From Tubulanus polymorphus (Eukaryota > Animalia > Nemertea): a stretch of 64,000 bases of DNA. Positions within the stretch are counted from its first letter, which is position 1; every line of letters begins with the position of its first letter. The position numbers were made by a program, and so were the translations under genes. Below, piece by piece: positions 62,798-64,000 of this stretch. The notes beneath the pieces were generated by a model. That model was given only the letters and a program-made list of their open reading frames with translations. It was not told the origin of the DNA and did no database searches. The stretch spans positions 20,298,560-20,362,559 of the forward strand of contig NC_134027.1 of NCBI RefSeq assembly GCF_964204645.1, written 5' to 3'.

Positions 62798-64000
62798 GCA
62801 AGAATACATGCAGGGAATGATGTAACTAAGTACGGCTTTATTGTAATTTGAATTGACGTTCAATTAGGTGCGTGCGTGCGTGCGTCAGTGTACATTTATG
62901 GGTGAACCAATTATTTCTCATTTAAGCAAATACGCTATAAAATAATTGTCAGTCCAATTGAATTTCAATGAGCGTAAAGGGTTTTCTGATATTTTTAAAA
63001 GAGAACTATTCTTATCATTATGAATCGGGATGTCGACGAATAACAGTCGAAATTAAGTGATCCAGAGCAAAAGGTTGTACTGCAGTGACGAATGGATATA
63101 GATATTAATGCGCCACATAACAGTGTGCAGGATATGCACTAATTATGTAGGTGCTGACATAAAGTGTGTCCGGTATAGGTGTGTCAGTTGGTTGAAACGA
63201 GTCCTGCGGTTGTCACCTATGTGCCAATATTCATATAAAAACTATACATGTAAAATGTTCTAGTAGAAAAAGCTAGAAGATTGATCTTTTTTGAGACACA
63301 CCAACAAAAACCCTGGCCTCAGACCGTTCATACATCACCATTGTGCGTGAGAAAACCAAAAAGCCGAAACTGATAGCTTTTGACAAGAGCAAACTACGAA
63401 ACTATTTGACTGTACACCAAGTATATGTTACGGAAATTTTTCTCAGAAAAAGAAATTATCCATCTTCGCATCCGTGACCTCCCGAGAGTCAGTGGAAGAC
63501 AGTTCCCACCTCAGCCAGCGGTTCTAGCCAGAGGATGTGTGTATGGGCTATGTACCGTGTGTGAACCGCACTCTATTAGGCGGGGTCCAGATAACAAGCC
63601 GGTTTTAGGGTACGTCATACATTTCAAAGAATTCTGGCCGTTGCTTTCAGAGCGCTATATTTTCATCACATTGATTGGAGGGTTTATCACCGATTAGTAA
63701 TCAAATCTGTGAGAGGATACATTTTATGTCGGAAAAAAGTGGATAAATAATAATCCAGAGGAATACAATAGGCCTATTGGGCTTTCTGACGACAACCCTA
63801 GTTATTATAAAGCCGTAATTAGTTGATTTTCGAGGTTGCAAATTTCATGTAAACACACTGCATACTACGTCCAAAACTCAGAGAACACTAGCCGTATTTG
63901 ACATAAGACATATGCCAAAAACCTTTAAGGGGCTGTACTTTGAAAAAGTTCTTTTAAAAACCAGAAATTAAGTTTTCATGATGGACTCATAATAATGGTA

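Overview
Eukaryotic (intron-containing, AT-rich, repeat-dense) genomic window, probably from a marine invertebrate (inferred from repeat types; the species cannot be called from the sequence alone). Host genes reconstructed by hand from splice sites: (1) a calmodulin-like gene on the minus strand whose canonical 144-nt EF-hand exon splices in frame to a ~897-aa disordered first exon; (2) a 4-exon theta-like glutathione S-transferase; (3) a 9-exon membrane-anchored ACP7-type purple acid phosphatase with two metal-ligand substitutions; (4) the first two exons of an ENPP6-like gene. Mobile DNA: the 3' part of a Gypsy LTR element carrying an extra SGNH-hydrolase-like ORF, a nearly intact young BEL/Pao element (217-bp LTRs, 5-bp TSD), several decayed LINEs, a Penelope-like inverted repeat with hammerhead cores, MITEs, tRNA-derived SINEs and satellites. 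The most striking structure is a 6,998-bp, mostly palindromic insertion (19242-26239). It has Polinton/Maverick-type ends (5'-AGT...ACT-3', 6-bp TSD AATATG, boundary supported by an empty paralogous site at ~56.7 kb) and 2.6-3.3 kb inverted arms. Each arm carries its own 342-bp terminal hairpin, a zinc-finger ORF and a 24-bp satellite array, around a 1.1-kb core with two small membrane/zinc-finger ORFs and no recognisable transposase, integrase, polymerase or capsid gene. All calls come from manual reading; no database searches were run.
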